A DNA stretch of 64,000 nucleotides from Methanotrichaceae archaeon (GTDB lineage Archaea; Halobacteriota; Methanosarcinia; Methanotrichales; Methanotrichaceae), in contig CAVWIG010000007.1 of NCBI GenBank assembly GCA_963754945.1, forward strand, positions 1 through 64,000, written 5' to 3'. The translations under genes and the position numbers were made by a program. This document shows, piece after piece, positions 49,001 to 58,932 of this stretch. Numbering within the stretch: position 1 is the stretch's first letter; each line of letters opens with the position of its first letter. The notes below the pieces were generated by a model. That model had not been told where the DNA came from. It did no database searches and saw only the letters and a program-made list of their open reading frames with translations.

Positions 49001-51658
49001 ACGAACCTGGCCCCGGGAAGTTACACTGTGAGCGAGCTAGCTCAACCCACATGGACTCGGACACTTCCCGGAGGCAGCGGCGTTTATACCCTGACTTTGG
49101 CATCAGGTGAAAGCAGAGTGGGGACCGACTTCGGCAATTACAACCCACCGCCGATCAACCCCACCCTGACCCCATTCCCGGCCAGCCCGCAGCGGGTTGG
49201 CACTGTGGTTACATGGACTGCGGGTGCCACGGATCCTGACGGTGATTCCCTTAAGTTCAGGTTCATCCTCAGGGATCCGTATGGCAGCCTTCTGACGGAC
49301 ACCGGTTACACCAACAACAACGTGTGGACGTGGTACAGCGGATCTACGGGTGGATTGCCAGGAACCTATCAGGTTGAGGTCAGAATAACCGACGGAAAGC
49401 ATCCCTCCAGCTCGGACGCTCGTGCGACAGCAAGCTACACCCTCACTCAGGCCAACAGGCGGCCAGAGGTCGACTTCCTCTTCGCTGATCGGCCAGATCC
49501 CCAGTATGCAGGAAGCTGGATCAAATGGACTGCTGTGGCCCATGACCCCGACGGTGACCAGCTCCTGTACAGGTACTTCCTCCGAGGACCAGCTACCGGC
49601 GGGTTCTGGGAGGATATGACTGGATGGACCAGGAACAACAGATGGATCTGGAGAACATCGCCCTTTGACATTGGCGCTAGCGAGATCCTTGTGGTAGTCA
49701 GGGATGGTAACCATGCCGGTCCCAACGGCTGGGACGACTTTGCTGTTGCCAACTACCTGATTATAGGATTGAACCAACCGCCCGCGATAACCAGCATAGG
49801 AACGACAACTCCAAGCCCGCAGCCAGCCGGAGCCACAGTCAGGTGGGTGGCCAATGCAGTCGATCCGAATGGTGACCCGGTCTTTTACAGGTACTGGTTG
49901 AAGGGACCATCAACGGGAGGGTTCTGGAGACTGGCACGCGACTGGTCCACAGACAATACCTGGACCTGGGCGACGTCCCTGGCAGATGCGGGCACCAGCC
50001 AGGTCGATGTACAGGTACGGGACGGGTTCCACGCCGGTCCTGACGGATTTGACGACGACGCAGCATCGCTCTTCACCATCCTGCCTCCAGACCTGCCGCC
50101 TCAGCTAACCAGCCTCGTTACGGACAAACCCGGCCCACTGCCGGGAGGATTGCCCGCAAGGTGGACCGCCACAGCCATCGATCCGGACGGAGATCCAACC
50201 CTGTACAGGTTCTGGCTGAAGGGCCCGTCCACCGGAAACAACTGGAAGATAGTCCAGGACTGGTCTCTTAGCAACACCTGGATCTGGGCCACCAGTCCCG
50301 CTAATGCCGGTGACTATACGGTGTACGTCTATGCCAGGGATGGCAAGCATGCCGGTCCTAATGGTTACGATAGCTCCCTTGGAGAAGCTTACACTGTGCT
50401 TCAGTCCAACAAGCCTCCTCAAATCAGAGGATTGACTCCCGACCTTCCCAGCCCCCAGTACGCAGGGACACCCATAAGATGGACTGCCATCGCATCGGAC
50501 CCGGAGCCTGAACCCATTCTCTACCGGTTCTGGCTTAAGGGTCCGTCTACGGGAAATGCTTGGAAGAACGTCCAGGACTGGTCCAACAACAACGTATGGA
50601 TCTGGACGGACAAGCCTTCCGATGCTGGGAACTACACAGTTTATGTGTACGCAAGGGATGGGTGGAATGCCGGCCCGAACGGGTACGATAGTGCCCTTGG
50701 CCGGACTTTCTCTCTTTCCAACCCAGCAACAGTGAAACAGGTAACCTCTGGTCCAGCACCAAAGGATAAGCCTTCCTTGATACACACGGGCGAAGGCTAT
50801 CTCATGGCCTACCAGTCGTGGGATCTAGGCAACAGCAACAATGGAGACATCTTCCTCCAGAAGTTTGATCCACTGTGGGGCGCGATTGGAAATGCTTGGG
50901 CAACCAATGATACGGCCTTCCAGGACTCACCTTCGGTGATCTCCTCTGGCGGAAACTACTATGTTGCATACGTCTCCAACGAGACCGGCAACATGAACAT
51001 TTTCTTGAAGAAGTTCGACGCCAACCTGAACCTGATCGATACCAAACAGCTTACCGACTCACCGGTAGATCAGGACTCGCCCTCGCTCATCCAGGCGGGC
51101 AACGAGTTCTATCTGGCCTACCAGTCCTGGGACACAGGATCGGATAACGGCGGCGACATCTTCGTATCGAGGTTTGATCAGAACTGGAACCCTATCGACA
51201 GGGTCCAGGTAACGGATCTAACAACGTACCAGGATCATCCATCGATAACCTTCGATGGCGTGAACTTCTACGTGGCCTATGTCTCCAGGGAGACTGGCAA
51301 TCTGGAAATCTTCGTCAAGAGGTTTGACGAGAACCTTAACCCCTTGGATACGAAACAGATTACAACAGACACTTCGGATCAGGACTACCCATCGCTGAAC
51401 TACACAAGTGGTGTGTTCAATCTCCTGTACAGCTCGAAGAAGGGCGGGAACTACGACGTTTACATCAACAGGTTCGACAGCAACTGGAAACCCATAGACC
51501 GCGCAGATGTAGTGACGGCTACAGGAGACATGACCTCAGCAACCTTTGCCTACAGCCCCTCCGACGGACTGTACTGGCTGGCCTATGTCTCTAAGGATGT
51601 CACAGGCCAGAACATCTACGTCAAATCCGTGAAACTGCCGAGCATACCCATACGTTAG
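43037..51658 (+). CDS. Giant 2873-aa secreted repeat protein: 11 Y_Y_Y/PKD-like repeats, 6 SdrD-B-like domains, 5 more repeats and a C-terminal beta-propeller
   Basis: Signal peptide. The repeat reads N.PP....L.PDK...WTA.ATDPE.D.L.YKFFL.GP...W.W.T...G..QVEVWVRDG.HAG. SdrD-B-like units read ISG.KFNDLNGNG..D.GEPGL.GW. The six blades read D.PS(L/I/V)...Y.AY.S...IF..FD. Confidence 0.9.
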   Translation: MSNPKERTLFNKDYKKLNMHRYNDLLLLSSVIAIFGILLALSVSAQPALDNLSLPGSAASVGGPTNLPPIAESLTPDKPSGQGVAGDAITWTAKATDPEPEDQLLYMFRLNGPSTDNTWKDVTKWGDNNSWVWQTSDVGAGQYQIEVWVRDGKHAGSEGYDAKMSASYTLSAPEKKISQAPQQIAPPGQVTQQPSTPTQPTNAPQVENKPPKLTDLRPDKASAQAGQVITWTAMATDPEPADQLLYKFWLTGPSTSGQIVDKTGWIPDNTWTWTTTSDDVGNNQVEVWVRDGNNAGENSFDDKLSRTFVVESAPSEIPVKVPPGIPAPGPVVPAPATPTPGPIVNNMPPVLSGLAPDKSSVEAGANVIWTATASDPESDPLVYKFFLKGPATGGQLAEKTAWVSDNTWTWTTTPADAGQNQVEVWVRDNKHAGPDSKDDSADASVAVTKPNQKPTITGLSPDKASAEAGSTVTWTAVATDPENDPLVYKFFLKGPATGGQLAEKTAWISDNTWTWTTTPADAGQNQVEVWVRDNKHAGPDSKDDSADASVAVTKPNQKPTITGLSPDKASAEAGSTVTWTATASDPENDPLVYKFFLKGPATGGQLAEKTAWVSDNTWTWTTTPADAGQNQVEVWVRDGNHAGTEGFDANLVVNYELTQPAPKPTTLVLPVQAPTNITPAGNAIPTPAVVNKPPVVNSLTPDKTSPQLAGTAITWTAVATDPEKEDTILYKFFLKGPSTGDQWSQVADWGTDSFWAWNTSAKDIGDNQVQVWVRDGKNAGPDGEDASLVSNVFVINAPKPKPPVQPLVPEVQPVTIHANITPAENKPPVINSLTPDQPSPQYAGAVVTWTAAATDPENDPLLYKFFLNGPATGNQWKEQTGWVSENIWRWTTSSKDVGSNQVMASVRDNKHAGPEGSAGNVTVDYVINATAPAPLPKPIEVDKPPVVNSITPDKTSPQYAGTVVTWTTTAFDPENDPLVYKFFLKGPSTGNNWAQKTEWGPDSTWIWNTTSKDVGANQVRIWVRDGKHAGPEGSDSNATADYTINATAPTPKPIEVNKPPVVDSLTPDKTGPQFAGTVVTWKAVATDPENDPLLYKFFLSGPVTGDKWTEETKWVSGNTWVWPTSAKDVGPNQVRVWVRDGKHAGTDSSDSNATANYTINATAPAPLPKPAPIEVNKPPAVTSLAPDKTSPQYAGTVVTWKTIATDPENDPLVYKFFLKGPNTGNNWAQKTEWIPESTWIWNTTTKDVGANQARVWVRDGKHAGPEGSDSNATVDYTINATVPAPKPKPPVINETKPPAVNETKPAPINVTPAINVTPAKPALAPTATVNLPPVANSIVPDKLSPQTPGTSIIWTANATDPEKDKILYRFFLNGPSTGGSWKAETDWSNAGSWTWTTSKSDVGSNQVRVWVRDGNHSKEDSFDGEQVALFTIKEVSRNISGVKFNDLNGNGVKDSGEPGLVGWTIKLTMPSGSEVSTLSGQDGSYRFENLAPGAYTVSEVSQAGWSATAPVGGSQKVTLASSDVSDMNFGNKAVTFSISGKKFNDLNDNGINDGEPGLAGWTINLEQPAGKVIKTVITAADGSYKFENLTPGDYALSEVAQKGWTQTAPSGGSYSVSVKDADVTGKDFGNNAGSWSITGTAFQDLNGNGKKDAGDPGLVGWKIQLSQNGNVVNVTDTGADGSYAFRKLAQGTYTLSEVPQSGWVQTLPASGSYSVNLKNADVSGMDFGNKGNLSISGMKYYDLNGNGVQDKDEPGIPGQTVTLLENGKEIATTTTGQDGGYTFNNLVQGTYTVNDPPSGGFVLTTTSSITVTVTTSVVLHASFGLTGTHSISGVKFNDVNGNGVMDSGEPGVPGWGMVLDGTTALFGIHITRTVNTASDGSYIFDHLVPGTYKISELSRPGWTQTLPSGTGTYTVNLGGSDVANKNFGNRVVNPPGTASIWGMKFNDLDNNGVNNGDPGLPGWTIVLKNTITTATSTTTTDAQGWYSFTNLAPGSYTVSELAQPTWTRTLPGGSGVYTLTLASGESRVGTDFGNYNPPPINPTLTPFPASPQRVGTVVTWTAGATDPDGDSLKFRFILRDPYGSLLTDTGYTNNNVWTWYSGSTGGLPGTYQVEVRITDGKHPSSSDARATASYTLTQANRRPEVDFLFADRPDPQYAGSWIKWTAVAHDPDGDQLLYRYFLRGPATGGFWEDMTGWTRNNRWIWRTSPFDIGASEILVVVRDGNHAGPNGWDDFAVANYLIIGLNQPPAITSIGTTTPSPQPAGATVRWVANAVDPNGDPVFYRYWLKGPSTGGFWRLARDWSTDNTWTWATSLADAGTSQVDVQVRDGFHAGPDGFDDDAASLFTILPPDLPPQLTSLVTDKPGPLPGGLPARWTATAIDPDGDPTLYRFWLKGPSTGNNWKIVQDWSLSNTWIWATSPANAGDYTVYVYARDGKHAGPNGYDSSLGEAYTVLQSNKPPQIRGLTPDLPSPQYAGTPIRWTAIASDPEPEPILYRFWLKGPSTGNAWKNVQDWSNNNVWIWTDKPSDAGNYTVYVYARDGWNAGPNGYDSALGRTFSLSNPATVKQVTSGPAPKDKPSLIHTGEGYLMAYQSWDLGNSNNGDIFLQKFDPLWGAIGNAWATNDTAFQDSPSVISSGGNYYVAYVSNETGNMNIFLKKFDANLNLIDTKQLTDSPVDQDSPSLIQAGNEFYLAYQSWDTGSDNGGDIFVSRFDQNWNPIDRVQVTDLTTYQDHPSITFDGVNFYVAYVSRETGNLEIFVKRFDENLNPLDTKQITTDTSDQDYPSLNYTSGVFNLLYSSKKGGNYDVYINRFDSNWKPIDRADVVTATGDMTSATFAYSPSDGLYWLAYVSKDVTGQNIYVKSVKLPSIPIR
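44150..44945 (+). repeat. Near-identical 315-bp intragenic tandem repeats (about 2.5 copies)
   Basis: GACCCGTTGGTCTACAAGTTCTTCTTGAAGGG recurs at 44171, 44486 and 44801. The antisense shadow ORFs at 44182 and 44497 are almost identical. Confidence 0.9.
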
Positions 51659-51700
51659 CGTAGATGCACGTCGGCAGAAAAAGTGCCTGCAAAGTGAGTA

Positions 51701-51739
51701 AAAATAGAGATGGCATGACTGTGCCATCTCGACTTTTTT
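51701..51739. terminator. Probable bidirectional terminator
   Basis: GAGATGGCA-TGACTG-TGCCATCTC hairpin with an A-tract before and a T-tract after, between convergent genes. Confidence 0.6.
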
Positions 51740-51848
51740 CGGCCTGAAGCCAAATTATATAAGTGGACGAAGTAATTAACCTATTTAGTCTTGTTAACCT
51801 GCGTATATTTGCTGATTCGCCGAATATCATTTTCCAGGAGTTCTTCAT

Positions 51849-52562
51849 TTACCTGGTCTTCTTGAGAATAGTGCCTCCAAACATGGCAGTGCTCGCTCCT
51901 TTATTTATCTCCGTGTGATTGATTAAGGCGGAAACCGGCGAGGCAATGCTGGTCTTCAGGTTCTCCTCAAATGGGTACGGCATTACCAAGAGACAAGGTC
52001 TTGCGTCGCTGTTTATCGACTTGAACTCGACGCTGTAGTTTTTATCGCTGAAGGTCATCAGAAGGAATGATACCTTATCGCCTTTTGTTTTAGCTTCCTT
52101 GAGTATCTTGGATACGTCGAACACTTGGCCGTCGTTTGTGCTAACTTCCATCTGGCTTATGTCATTCTTCTGAATCAAGTTCAATATTGGCTCCATGTTG
52201 GCAATGAAACTCAAGTAACCTGAGTTCTCGTCCCAGTTAGATCCCATGGGCATCAGCACGACCAAATTGGTTGCATTTGAGCTCTTCGTTACGTTTGCTA
52301 CCCTGAGGACGAGAATTCCTATGTCGGTACCCGAAATATTCAGACTGGAGATATTGAACTGTATAATAGATGCAGTTATATTGCTTGCATTCTCACCCGT
52401 CTGCATATTGCATTTAAGGATACTGGTGTTGTTTTGCACCTGCAGGGTTTTCATGTCAATATAAATTGCCTTCGAGGCAGGAATTTTTGTGGTATCTCCA
52501 AAACCAGTGCTCGTCAAACCGACGAGGAACACCAAAATCAGCAAGATCGGCGTTTTATGCAT
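51849..52562 (-). CDS. Secreted protein with a DNRLRE/CBM96-like domain
   Basis: Signal peptide and the pattern IIQFNISSL..ILVLRV..SNWDEN..FDVS..VSFLL..FKS....RPCLLV. Confidence 0.55.
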   Translation of the reverse strand: MHKTPILLILVFLVGLTSTGFGDTTKIPASKAIYIDMKTLQVQNNTSILKCNMQTGENASNITASIIQFNISSLNISGTDIGILVLRVANVTKSSNATNLVVLMPMGSNWDENSGYLSFIANMEPILNLIQKNDISQMEVSTNDGQVFDVSKILKEAKTKGDKVSFLLMTFSDKNYSVEFKSINSDARPCLLVMPYPFEENLKTSIASPVSALINHTEINKGASTAMFGGTILKKTR

Positions 52563-52664
52563 CCTTCATCTCTCCCAAACGGTTGATCAATTTAAAGCCA
52601 TAATATTTAAAATTATAGATCCTACAGTTTTGATCATATCCGGCAAATTTATTTTTAAATGAAT

Positions 52665-52686
52665 ACCCCGCTGCTTGCAGCGGGGT
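52665..52686. repeat. Perfect GC-rich palindrome (IS200/IS605-end or REP-like)
   Basis: ACCCCGCTGC-TT-GCAGCGGGGT in an AT-rich intergenic region. Confidence 0.55.
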
Positions 52687-52842
52687 GCGCTTTTTGACTT
52701 TTCTATAACGATTTTTATTCTCCCATCCAATTTGATTGTCTCGAGTGGTCGATGAAATTATAGTTCAAAAAATGTCAATCATTGTCGTTGCCACTGGGTT
52801 GGTCTTGATGCCGAACGATCCATCGCTTCAAAAAAAATAGCC

Positions 52843-55800
52843 TTACATGAAGTCTGCCAGCCCCGTCTGCTTGGCTTTGTCGCTCTTGAAGAGCGAATCT
52901 ATCTCCAGCTTTAGAAGCTGTAGCCTCTGCTTGGTGTAGCTGCTGACACCGTACTCCTCAGCCACTTTTATTGAGACTTCCAGGTACTTCCGGACGCTTC
53001 CTTCGTGCACAGTAAGGATCATCCTGCCGGCGCACTTCGGGCAGACCTCCTTGAGCGGAGGTCGGCGATACTTGGTGCCGCACTTGACGCACCTCACCTT
53101 CTGTTTCGAGAAGGCGTGCAGGTTTCCTATCAGATCCGGCAGGAAGTGGGAGTTTATGACCCTCTCGGCAACGTCAGTCTCGTCCACAGCTCGGATCATC
53201 CTGGCTAGTTCGAGCTGAGCATCCATCTTGTCGACCATGGTCTCCAGGGTCTTGTAAGAGCTGTTTTTCGGTCCTGATGCGATGTTCGTCGTGTCGAAGG
53301 AGAATCCAAAGCCCTCGTACTGGGCGTCGGAACCGAGCCGCTTGGAGACCAAATCGATCTTGCTTTCCAGATCTTTGGGGTTTGCATTGTTCATCGTGGC
53401 CGTGTAAAACTCCAGAGGGTAGGAGTACGAAAGGTCCAGGTTGTGGGCTTCTTTATCGACCTCGGCTGGGTTCAGTCTGGTAGTCATGACTAGGGGGGCA
53501 TCCATCCTGCCGCCCCTCCGTGCTGGCAGGTATGACATTGAGAAGTTGATCAGGGCGTCCATTAGCAGCATGACGCAGTCTTCGTCGCCGTCGCAATTCC
53601 TGCGCTTGGCTGCATGGAAGAAGGGATGGCCAAAGCCAGCCGAGGCCGTTGTGTAGCCGATGAGCCTGCAGAGGACTCCTGCGGATGTGTGTGGGGCCAG
53701 GCCGACGAACAGTTCACCCAAGAGATCCTCAGACGATCCGGCTTTGTAGAAAGGGGCGAGATTGTAGAACTTAACAAGAAGATCGTCTACGAACTGTGCG
53801 ACCTTGAGCAGATAACCGCCAGCGTCCTTGGACAGGATTATGTCCTGGACTTTCAGCTCGCATGTCTGGTCGGCACTTGTCAAAAGCTTTCCCTTGAAGT
53901 CTTCGGTGTACCCGATCTCCTTTAGCTTCTCCAGGCTGGTGCCTATCTCGGATGGCCGGAAGTGGGTTAGTGGGAGATCGGTCAGGTCGTATCTGATTGT
54001 GCCGTCCTTGAAGATGTTGATCCCGTGCTTGGCCCGAAGAATGCCCTTCTCCAGGGGCTCAGGGGTTTTGTCCCGCGAGGTCAGACCAATGACGCCCTTA
54101 AGGGCGTTCGGCTCGCGTTCGTTGAGGTTGGCCAAGGCCTCTGAATAGAGCTTCTTTACATCGATGTGCATCTTAGACGCTGCCGAGGTTTCTTCGCCGC
54201 ATCTCGGGCAACGCTCAACGGCTGGAATGTTGCATTTCGGACAGACTCTTTTTTTGTCAGTGTGTCCACCGCATTTGCACAGGAAGGAAAATCCTTCCTT
54301 GCCGCAGCTCCTGCAAACCCGCCGCTCGATCTCAACGTCGATGAATCCTGTTGTGTTCCCTAGGGTTCGCTTGGCCGCATCCTGGATGGACCTGGACTTG
54401 CCCCCGGCGTCGGACGTTGGAAACAGCACGTGGGGTGGTGGCTTCATCAGGCGCTTATCGGACTTTTCCGGCCTTCCCATGCGGCATCCTATCCTGGTCA
54501 GGGCTCTAGGCATGATGGGGATGCCTGCGAACCTGTTCGCTCCCTCCAGGGGAGTGCAGTCTAAAATCTCCCAGGTCTTTTTCAACCCGTCAGGATCGAT
54601 TCCCAAGCAGAGCAGCAGAGGATCGGGATCTTCGATGATGATCTTGCCTTCTCTGACCTTGTGAAGAACCAACAGTGTCTCCAGGGTATCCTTCACCGTT
54701 GTTGGAAGGATCAGCCTTCCCGAGTCCATTGCTCCATCGGAAGAGACCGCAGCAGCAAGGTGTTCGAACTTCTCGGTCGAGATGTCGTGCCAGAGGTAGG
54801 TGTGGGCAGGGTGGAGGGGAACGTTGTACTTTCTGGACAGATCTATAGCTTCCTTGCTGCTGATCTTTTCAAGGCCGACAGGATCTCCTCCTGCCTGGAC
54901 AAGCTCGGCTGCCCACCACTCGTAGCAGTAGGAAGCCGGTGCCAGGGGTCGGTTGTTCTCCAGGAACTCACCATAGCTTATTAGAATCTCGCCGAGGTCG
55001 ATTATCTTTGACACGTGTGCCCTGATGGCGGTGGCCACAGTCCTCGGGTCTTTGCTGACCGGCATCCAGGAGAGAACTTCCTCCGCCGAGTCGATCCTGA
55101 CCAGATCGCCGTTGATGAGTCGGACTGTGGGGCCCTCTATGGAGGTTACCGGAGCGACGGCAGCCGCCTTGCCGGGCTGCTCGACTTTGATCTGGGTACC
55201 TGCAGCCATGAACTGTCCCAAGAGGACCATAGAAGCGGGGTTGATGCCAGCGGCGGCCAGACCGGTGTTCCTTGCCCTGCCGTACCTTAGTCGGAAGCCC
55301 CCTGGCCTGGACGGGTGTGAGAAAACGGGCCTTCCAGCGATCAGATCTCGCAGAAACTTGGGGCTTGCATCGCCGCTCTCTTTCTTGCTTCCTGCCAGGT
55401 CGTCGAGCCACTCCCAGCCCGTCAACCCTAATTTGGAGACGTGCTTTTTCAGCTTGGGCCTCTTGAGGGCTATGCCTTCAGCAGACACCAGGGCGATTCC
55501 ACCCCGAACTCGGTTTGTCTCTATCCTTGCAAGGTCGCGAAAGCCTGAGACCTCTTCCTCCTCGGTAGGCTCGCCTTCTATACAGATGGGGCAGTTTTTG
55601 ACTATTGTCCTGATCTCGTCGTCTGTTGGGTTGTACTGCAGGCCGGCCACTCTCTTGTACAGGCCGATCTCCTCGACGTAGCGTTCCACCTCTTCTGGCC
55701 TGGCCTTGTAGGCTGCGATCCCCACGCTTCTGCGGACGTAGTCGGCAACGAGAACGGACAGAGCCTGGGCAGTGCCTCCCGCGCTTCGGATGGGCCCAGC

Positions 55801-56214
55801 GTAGTAGACTTTGAGGTAGTCCGTTCCATCGTCGTTCTTTCCAAGTGCGACTTTGGCAATCCCCTCGATGGGCGCAGCCACAACGCCCTCTGTGAGCAGG
55901 GCAACCGCGGTTCTGATGGCGTTCTCAACGGCTTCGATCTTGGATTTGTTTGTTCCCAGCTTACCCTGAGCAAAATCTACGCCGATTGCAAGGGCCGCTT
56001 CCTCTCTGCTCAGGCCTTCCTCCTCAAGCTGCCTGATCCTGGCTGCAATGCCGGGTATGCCGATCAGCTTCTCTACCCTTTCCGCTAAGTCTACTGCTAG
56101 GGGAATCTCCACTTCAGTTGACGGGTCCTTTCCTTCCGACCTGGCCTTTTTGGCGATATCAAGGGCTTGGTCAAGACCGAGTTCTAGGGATTCGAAGTAC
56201 TCGAAAGTCTTCAT
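52843..56214 (-). CDS. polC: DNA polymerase D large subunit DP2, intein-free
   Basis: [55 protein letters not shown] and Zn ribbons. ATG at 56214 sits in a TGATG overlap with the upstream gene. Confidence 0.97.
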   Translation of the reverse strand: MKTFEYFESLELGLDQALDIAKKARSEGKDPSTEVEIPLAVDLAERVEKLIGIPGIAARIRQLEEEGLSREEAALAIGVDFAQGKLGTNKSKIEAVENAIRTAVALLTEGVVAAPIEGIAKVALGKNDDGTDYLKVYYAGPIRSAGGTAQALSVLVADYVRRSVGIAAYKARPEEVERYVEEIGLYKRVAGLQYNPTDDEIRTIVKNCPICIEGEPTEEEEVSGFRDLARIETNRVRGGIALVSAEGIALKRPKLKKHVSKLGLTGWEWLDDLAGSKKESGDASPKFLRDLIAGRPVFSHPSRPGGFRLRYGRARNTGLAAAGINPASMVLLGQFMAAGTQIKVEQPGKAAAVAPVTSIEGPTVRLINGDLVRIDSAEEVLSWMPVSKDPRTVATAIRAHVSKIIDLGEILISYGEFLENNRPLAPASYCYEWWAAELVQAGGDPVGLEKISSKEAIDLSRKYNVPLHPAHTYLWHDISTEKFEHLAAAVSSDGAMDSGRLILPTTVKDTLETLLVLHKVREGKIIIEDPDPLLLCLGIDPDGLKKTWEILDCTPLEGANRFAGIPIMPRALTRIGCRMGRPEKSDKRLMKPPPHVLFPTSDAGGKSRSIQDAAKRTLGNTTGFIDVEIERRVCRSCGKEGFSFLCKCGGHTDKKRVCPKCNIPAVERCPRCGEETSAASKMHIDVKKLYSEALANLNEREPNALKGVIGLTSRDKTPEPLEKGILRAKHGINIFKDGTIRYDLTDLPLTHFRPSEIGTSLEKLKEIGYTEDFKGKLLTSADQTCELKVQDIILSKDAGGYLLKVAQFVDDLLVKFYNLAPFYKAGSSEDLLGELFVGLAPHTSAGVLCRLIGYTTASAGFGHPFFHAAKRRNCDGDEDCVMLLMDALINFSMSYLPARRGGRMDAPLVMTTRLNPAEVDKEAHNLDLSYSYPLEFYTATMNNANPKDLESKIDLVSKRLGSDAQYEGFGFSFDTTNIASGPKNSSYKTLETMVDKMDAQLELARMIRAVDETDVAERVINSHFLPDLIGNLHAFSKQKVRCVKCGTKYRRPPLKEVCPKCAGRMILTVHEGSVRKYLEVSIKVAEEYGVSSYTKQRLQLLKLEIDSLFKSDKAKQTGLADFM

Positions 56215-56645
56215 CAACCACTCCAAAGATAAAGGCCGGTCGTTTGATCACTCTCTCTTACCATTGGCTCGCCCAAGAGCTCAATCAAGAACAGCTCTGC
56301 TGCGAATATATTTCCATGAAGCAGGTGGCCACCTATTGTTTTGCCGTCGGAGTCGGCGAGAACGACATGGGCATGTACAAAGGGCTTCCCTTCTCTGATG
56401 GATACGTTGCCAGCGCACGAGACAAGCTCTGCATTCTCTTCAACTAGGAGCGAGCTATATTCACGAAATTCCTGATCATAGAACGCTATCTCTGCTTGTG
56501 TCAGTGCACCTATTACGCTGAACGTACCAGTACGGATGCCTTCATCGGCTGCAAGCTTGGAAATCTGGTCCACTAAGTCAGCACCATGGTCAAGCCTCAC
56601 AAGCAGGGACCTGCCGCGTTTGAACTCTCTTACAAGCAATCCCAT
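56214..56645 (-). CDS. PPC/DUF296 domain protein
   Basis: [24 protein letters not shown] and HAHVVL..GGHL. Confidence 0.9.
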   Translation of the reverse strand: MGLLVREFKRGRSLLVRLDHGADLVDQISKLAADEGIRTGTFSVIGALTQAEIAFYDQEFREYSSLLVEENAELVSCAGNVSIREGKPFVHAHVVLADSDGKTIGGHLLHGNIFAAELFLIELLGEPMVRESDQTTGLYLWSG

Positions 56646-57130
56646 CCCTCGCTTCATCTTCGATCTCAAGAGGTAGGGCCACTTAGCTATCAATTTGGCG
56701 GATCGGGTTGATGTAATGCTTGACCGTCAAGGTTTTCTAATTGGTAGAATGCCAGTTGGACGGATCTTGAAGCATATTAAGGATCACATCTTGGAAATGA
56801 TACTAAGGAAGAAAAGCTCGTAACTGGGAGAAGATAAATTTCTGTGTTTCTCACTGTCGATTTTGGACATCTTCGTATAATTTATAACATTTTAACCCCT
56901 CCTCTTCCTGTGTGCATGTGGCTCCAATGTTTCTGATTCTCTCCAGGATAGAAGTATGAATGCTATATTATTATTTATACTGTTAATATCTTTCGATATC
57001 CGTAAAAACAGTCAAACTTTTATTAGTTAACATTTCCACTGGAGATCTCGAATTATATAGATCGACTTTGGGAAACCACATCGAGATCCAAAGCGTTATC
57101 TATTTTTGGTCGAAGATTTACCTTAAAACG

Positions 57131-58094
57131 ATGAATCTAGAGTCTCTGGTGGCCGAGCTTCGAGGTTTTGTGGGAATAACCCGAAAGAAGCAGATAGGAG
57201 ATCTCATAGAGCATTTTCCTGTTCTCTCAGAGCAGATAATCGCGGACTTCGGAGAGGATGCCGCTGTTATAGACGATGGCGATGATGTTTTGCTCTTCGC
57301 GGCGGACGGGATCTGGTCAAAGCTCATGGAAGCGGACCCGGAATGGTCCGGGTACTGCTCTGTTCTCGTTAACGTGCACGACATCGCCGCTATGGGCGGA
57401 TGGCCGATAGCCATGGTGGACGTGCTTTCCGTCAGCTCTCCCCGGATAGCCGAGGCTGTCTTGCGAGGCATGAGGAATGGCATAGAGAAGTTCAACGTGC
57501 CCATAATCGGAGGTCATCTCCACCCGGACACGCCTTACAGCGCTCTTGACGTGGCCATCCTCGGCAAGGCCAGAAAGGATTCGGTCATCCTCAGCAGCAC
57601 GGCCCGTCCGGGCGATGCCATATTAGCCGCTGCGGATTTGGATGGAGCACCCCATCCGAAGTTCGCGATCAACTTCGACTCCACCAGCTTCAAGGAAGGG
57701 GAGACGCTTGCCAGGCAGCTAGGGTCCATGAGGGAGCTGGGCGAGCGGCATCTAGTCACTGCTGGAAAGGACATAAGCAACCCCGGCCTGCTGGGAACGC
57801 TGGGGATGCTGCTGGAGACGAGCGGGGTAGGGGCAGTTGTGGATCTGGATTTCATACCAGTTCCCGCAGGGTTGCAGCTCTCCGACTGGCTGAAGATGTA
57901 CCCCGGCATGGGGTTTGTTGTCACCGCCAAGCCGGAAAACGTGCACGACGTCATCGACGTTTTCAGAGATCGTGGTCTAACGGCGGCCAGGATAGGCAGC
58001 ACAACGGCAGATCGGAGACTGGTCATCCGACAGGGCACGAAGGAGGCAGTGCTCTTCGATTTTGCCAAAGGACACTGTAACAGGGATCAGGTGA
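57131..58094 (+). CDS. Methanogenesis marker protein 2 (PurM/ThiL-like); natural stop in the +1 frame
   Basis: GITRKK, FGEDAA, LVNVHDIAAMGG, GGHLHPD and GKDISNPG. Removing one A at 58067-58069 gives ...FDFAKDTVTGIR* with TGA at 58092-58094. Confidence 0.85.
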
Positions 58095-58099
58095 GGGTT

Positions 58100-58897
58100 G
58101 TGGATTCAGATTTCGTCAAATCGCTTCAAGATCGTGCCAGGTCGCGCCACGCCAGTATTGGAATAGGGATAAAGAACCTAGATGCCGACCTTATAAGCGG
58201 CCTTGAGGCAGCCACAGAGTACGCTGACCTCCTGCTTGTTGGCGATCCATGCTGCGACTGTGCCCTGGACTACATAACGCCCGAAGATCCCGCAACCGAG
58301 CTTGTGGACCTGTTAGCACGGGGAGAGATCGATGGGGCGGTTAGGGGGAACATCTCTGCCTCCAAGGCGATGATGGCGCTGTCCAGGAAGTTCAACATCA
58401 AGGTCCGCAGGATGGCCCTCCTAGATCTGAATGGTTGGGCGTTCTTCCTAGCCCCTGTGGGAATCGACGAGGGAGAGACGCTGTCAGATAAGCTAAACCT
58501 GGTCCTGGATGGGGCGAAGTTCCTGCAGAGGATGGGCATTTCGCCTACGATCTCTGTACTCTCTGGTGGCAGGGTGGAGGATGTGGGTCGCAACGAGCGC
58601 GTGGATAGAAGCCTGGCAGAAGGCGAGTTCGTAGCCGCCAGGGCGGCCGCCGCGGGCATAAACGCCCGGCACAGGGGAATACTGATTGAGGATTGTAGAG
58701 GAGATGACTTGATCCTGGCACCCGACGGGATCTCGGGAAACCTGATATTCAGGACGCTCATGCTGCTGTGCGGGGCTAAATCCTTAGGTGCGCCGGTTTT
58801 AATGGACCAGATCTTTGTGGACTCCAGCAGGGCACGGACCGACTTCACTGGGCCGGTGATGCTGGCGAGTGCGATGGTCGGTATGAAGGAGAGTTAG
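58100..58897 (+). CDS. mtxX: Methanogenesis marker 4 / MtxX-like protein
   Basis: GTG after a GTGAGG RBS. Motifs IDGAVRG, FLAPVGIDEG, VLSGGR.ED.GR, APDGISGNLIFRTL and VDSSR. Confidence 0.88.
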   Translation: MDSDFVKSLQDRARSRHASIGIGIKNLDADLISGLEAATEYADLLLVGDPCCDCALDYITPEDPATELVDLLARGEIDGAVRGNISASKAMMALSRKFNIKVRRMALLDLNGWAFFLAPVGIDEGETLSDKLNLVLDGAKFLQRMGISPTISVLSGGRVEDVGRNERVDRSLAEGEFVAARAAAAGINARHRGILIEDCRGDDLILAPDGISGNLIFRTLMLLCGAKSLGAPVLMDQIFVDSSRARTDFTGPVMLASAMVGMKES

Positions 58898-58932
58898 GAT
58901 CGATCCGATACTCTGAATCTCAAAAAGAAGAC

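Noticed and set aside
52843-56214. Intein in PolD DP2
   Set aside because: The usual insertion site [13 protein letters not shown] is contiguous and the length is normal.
57068-58897. 609-aa protein as an established bifunctional enzyme
   Set aside because: A native stop, RBS and start for two separate genes are visible around a single extra base.
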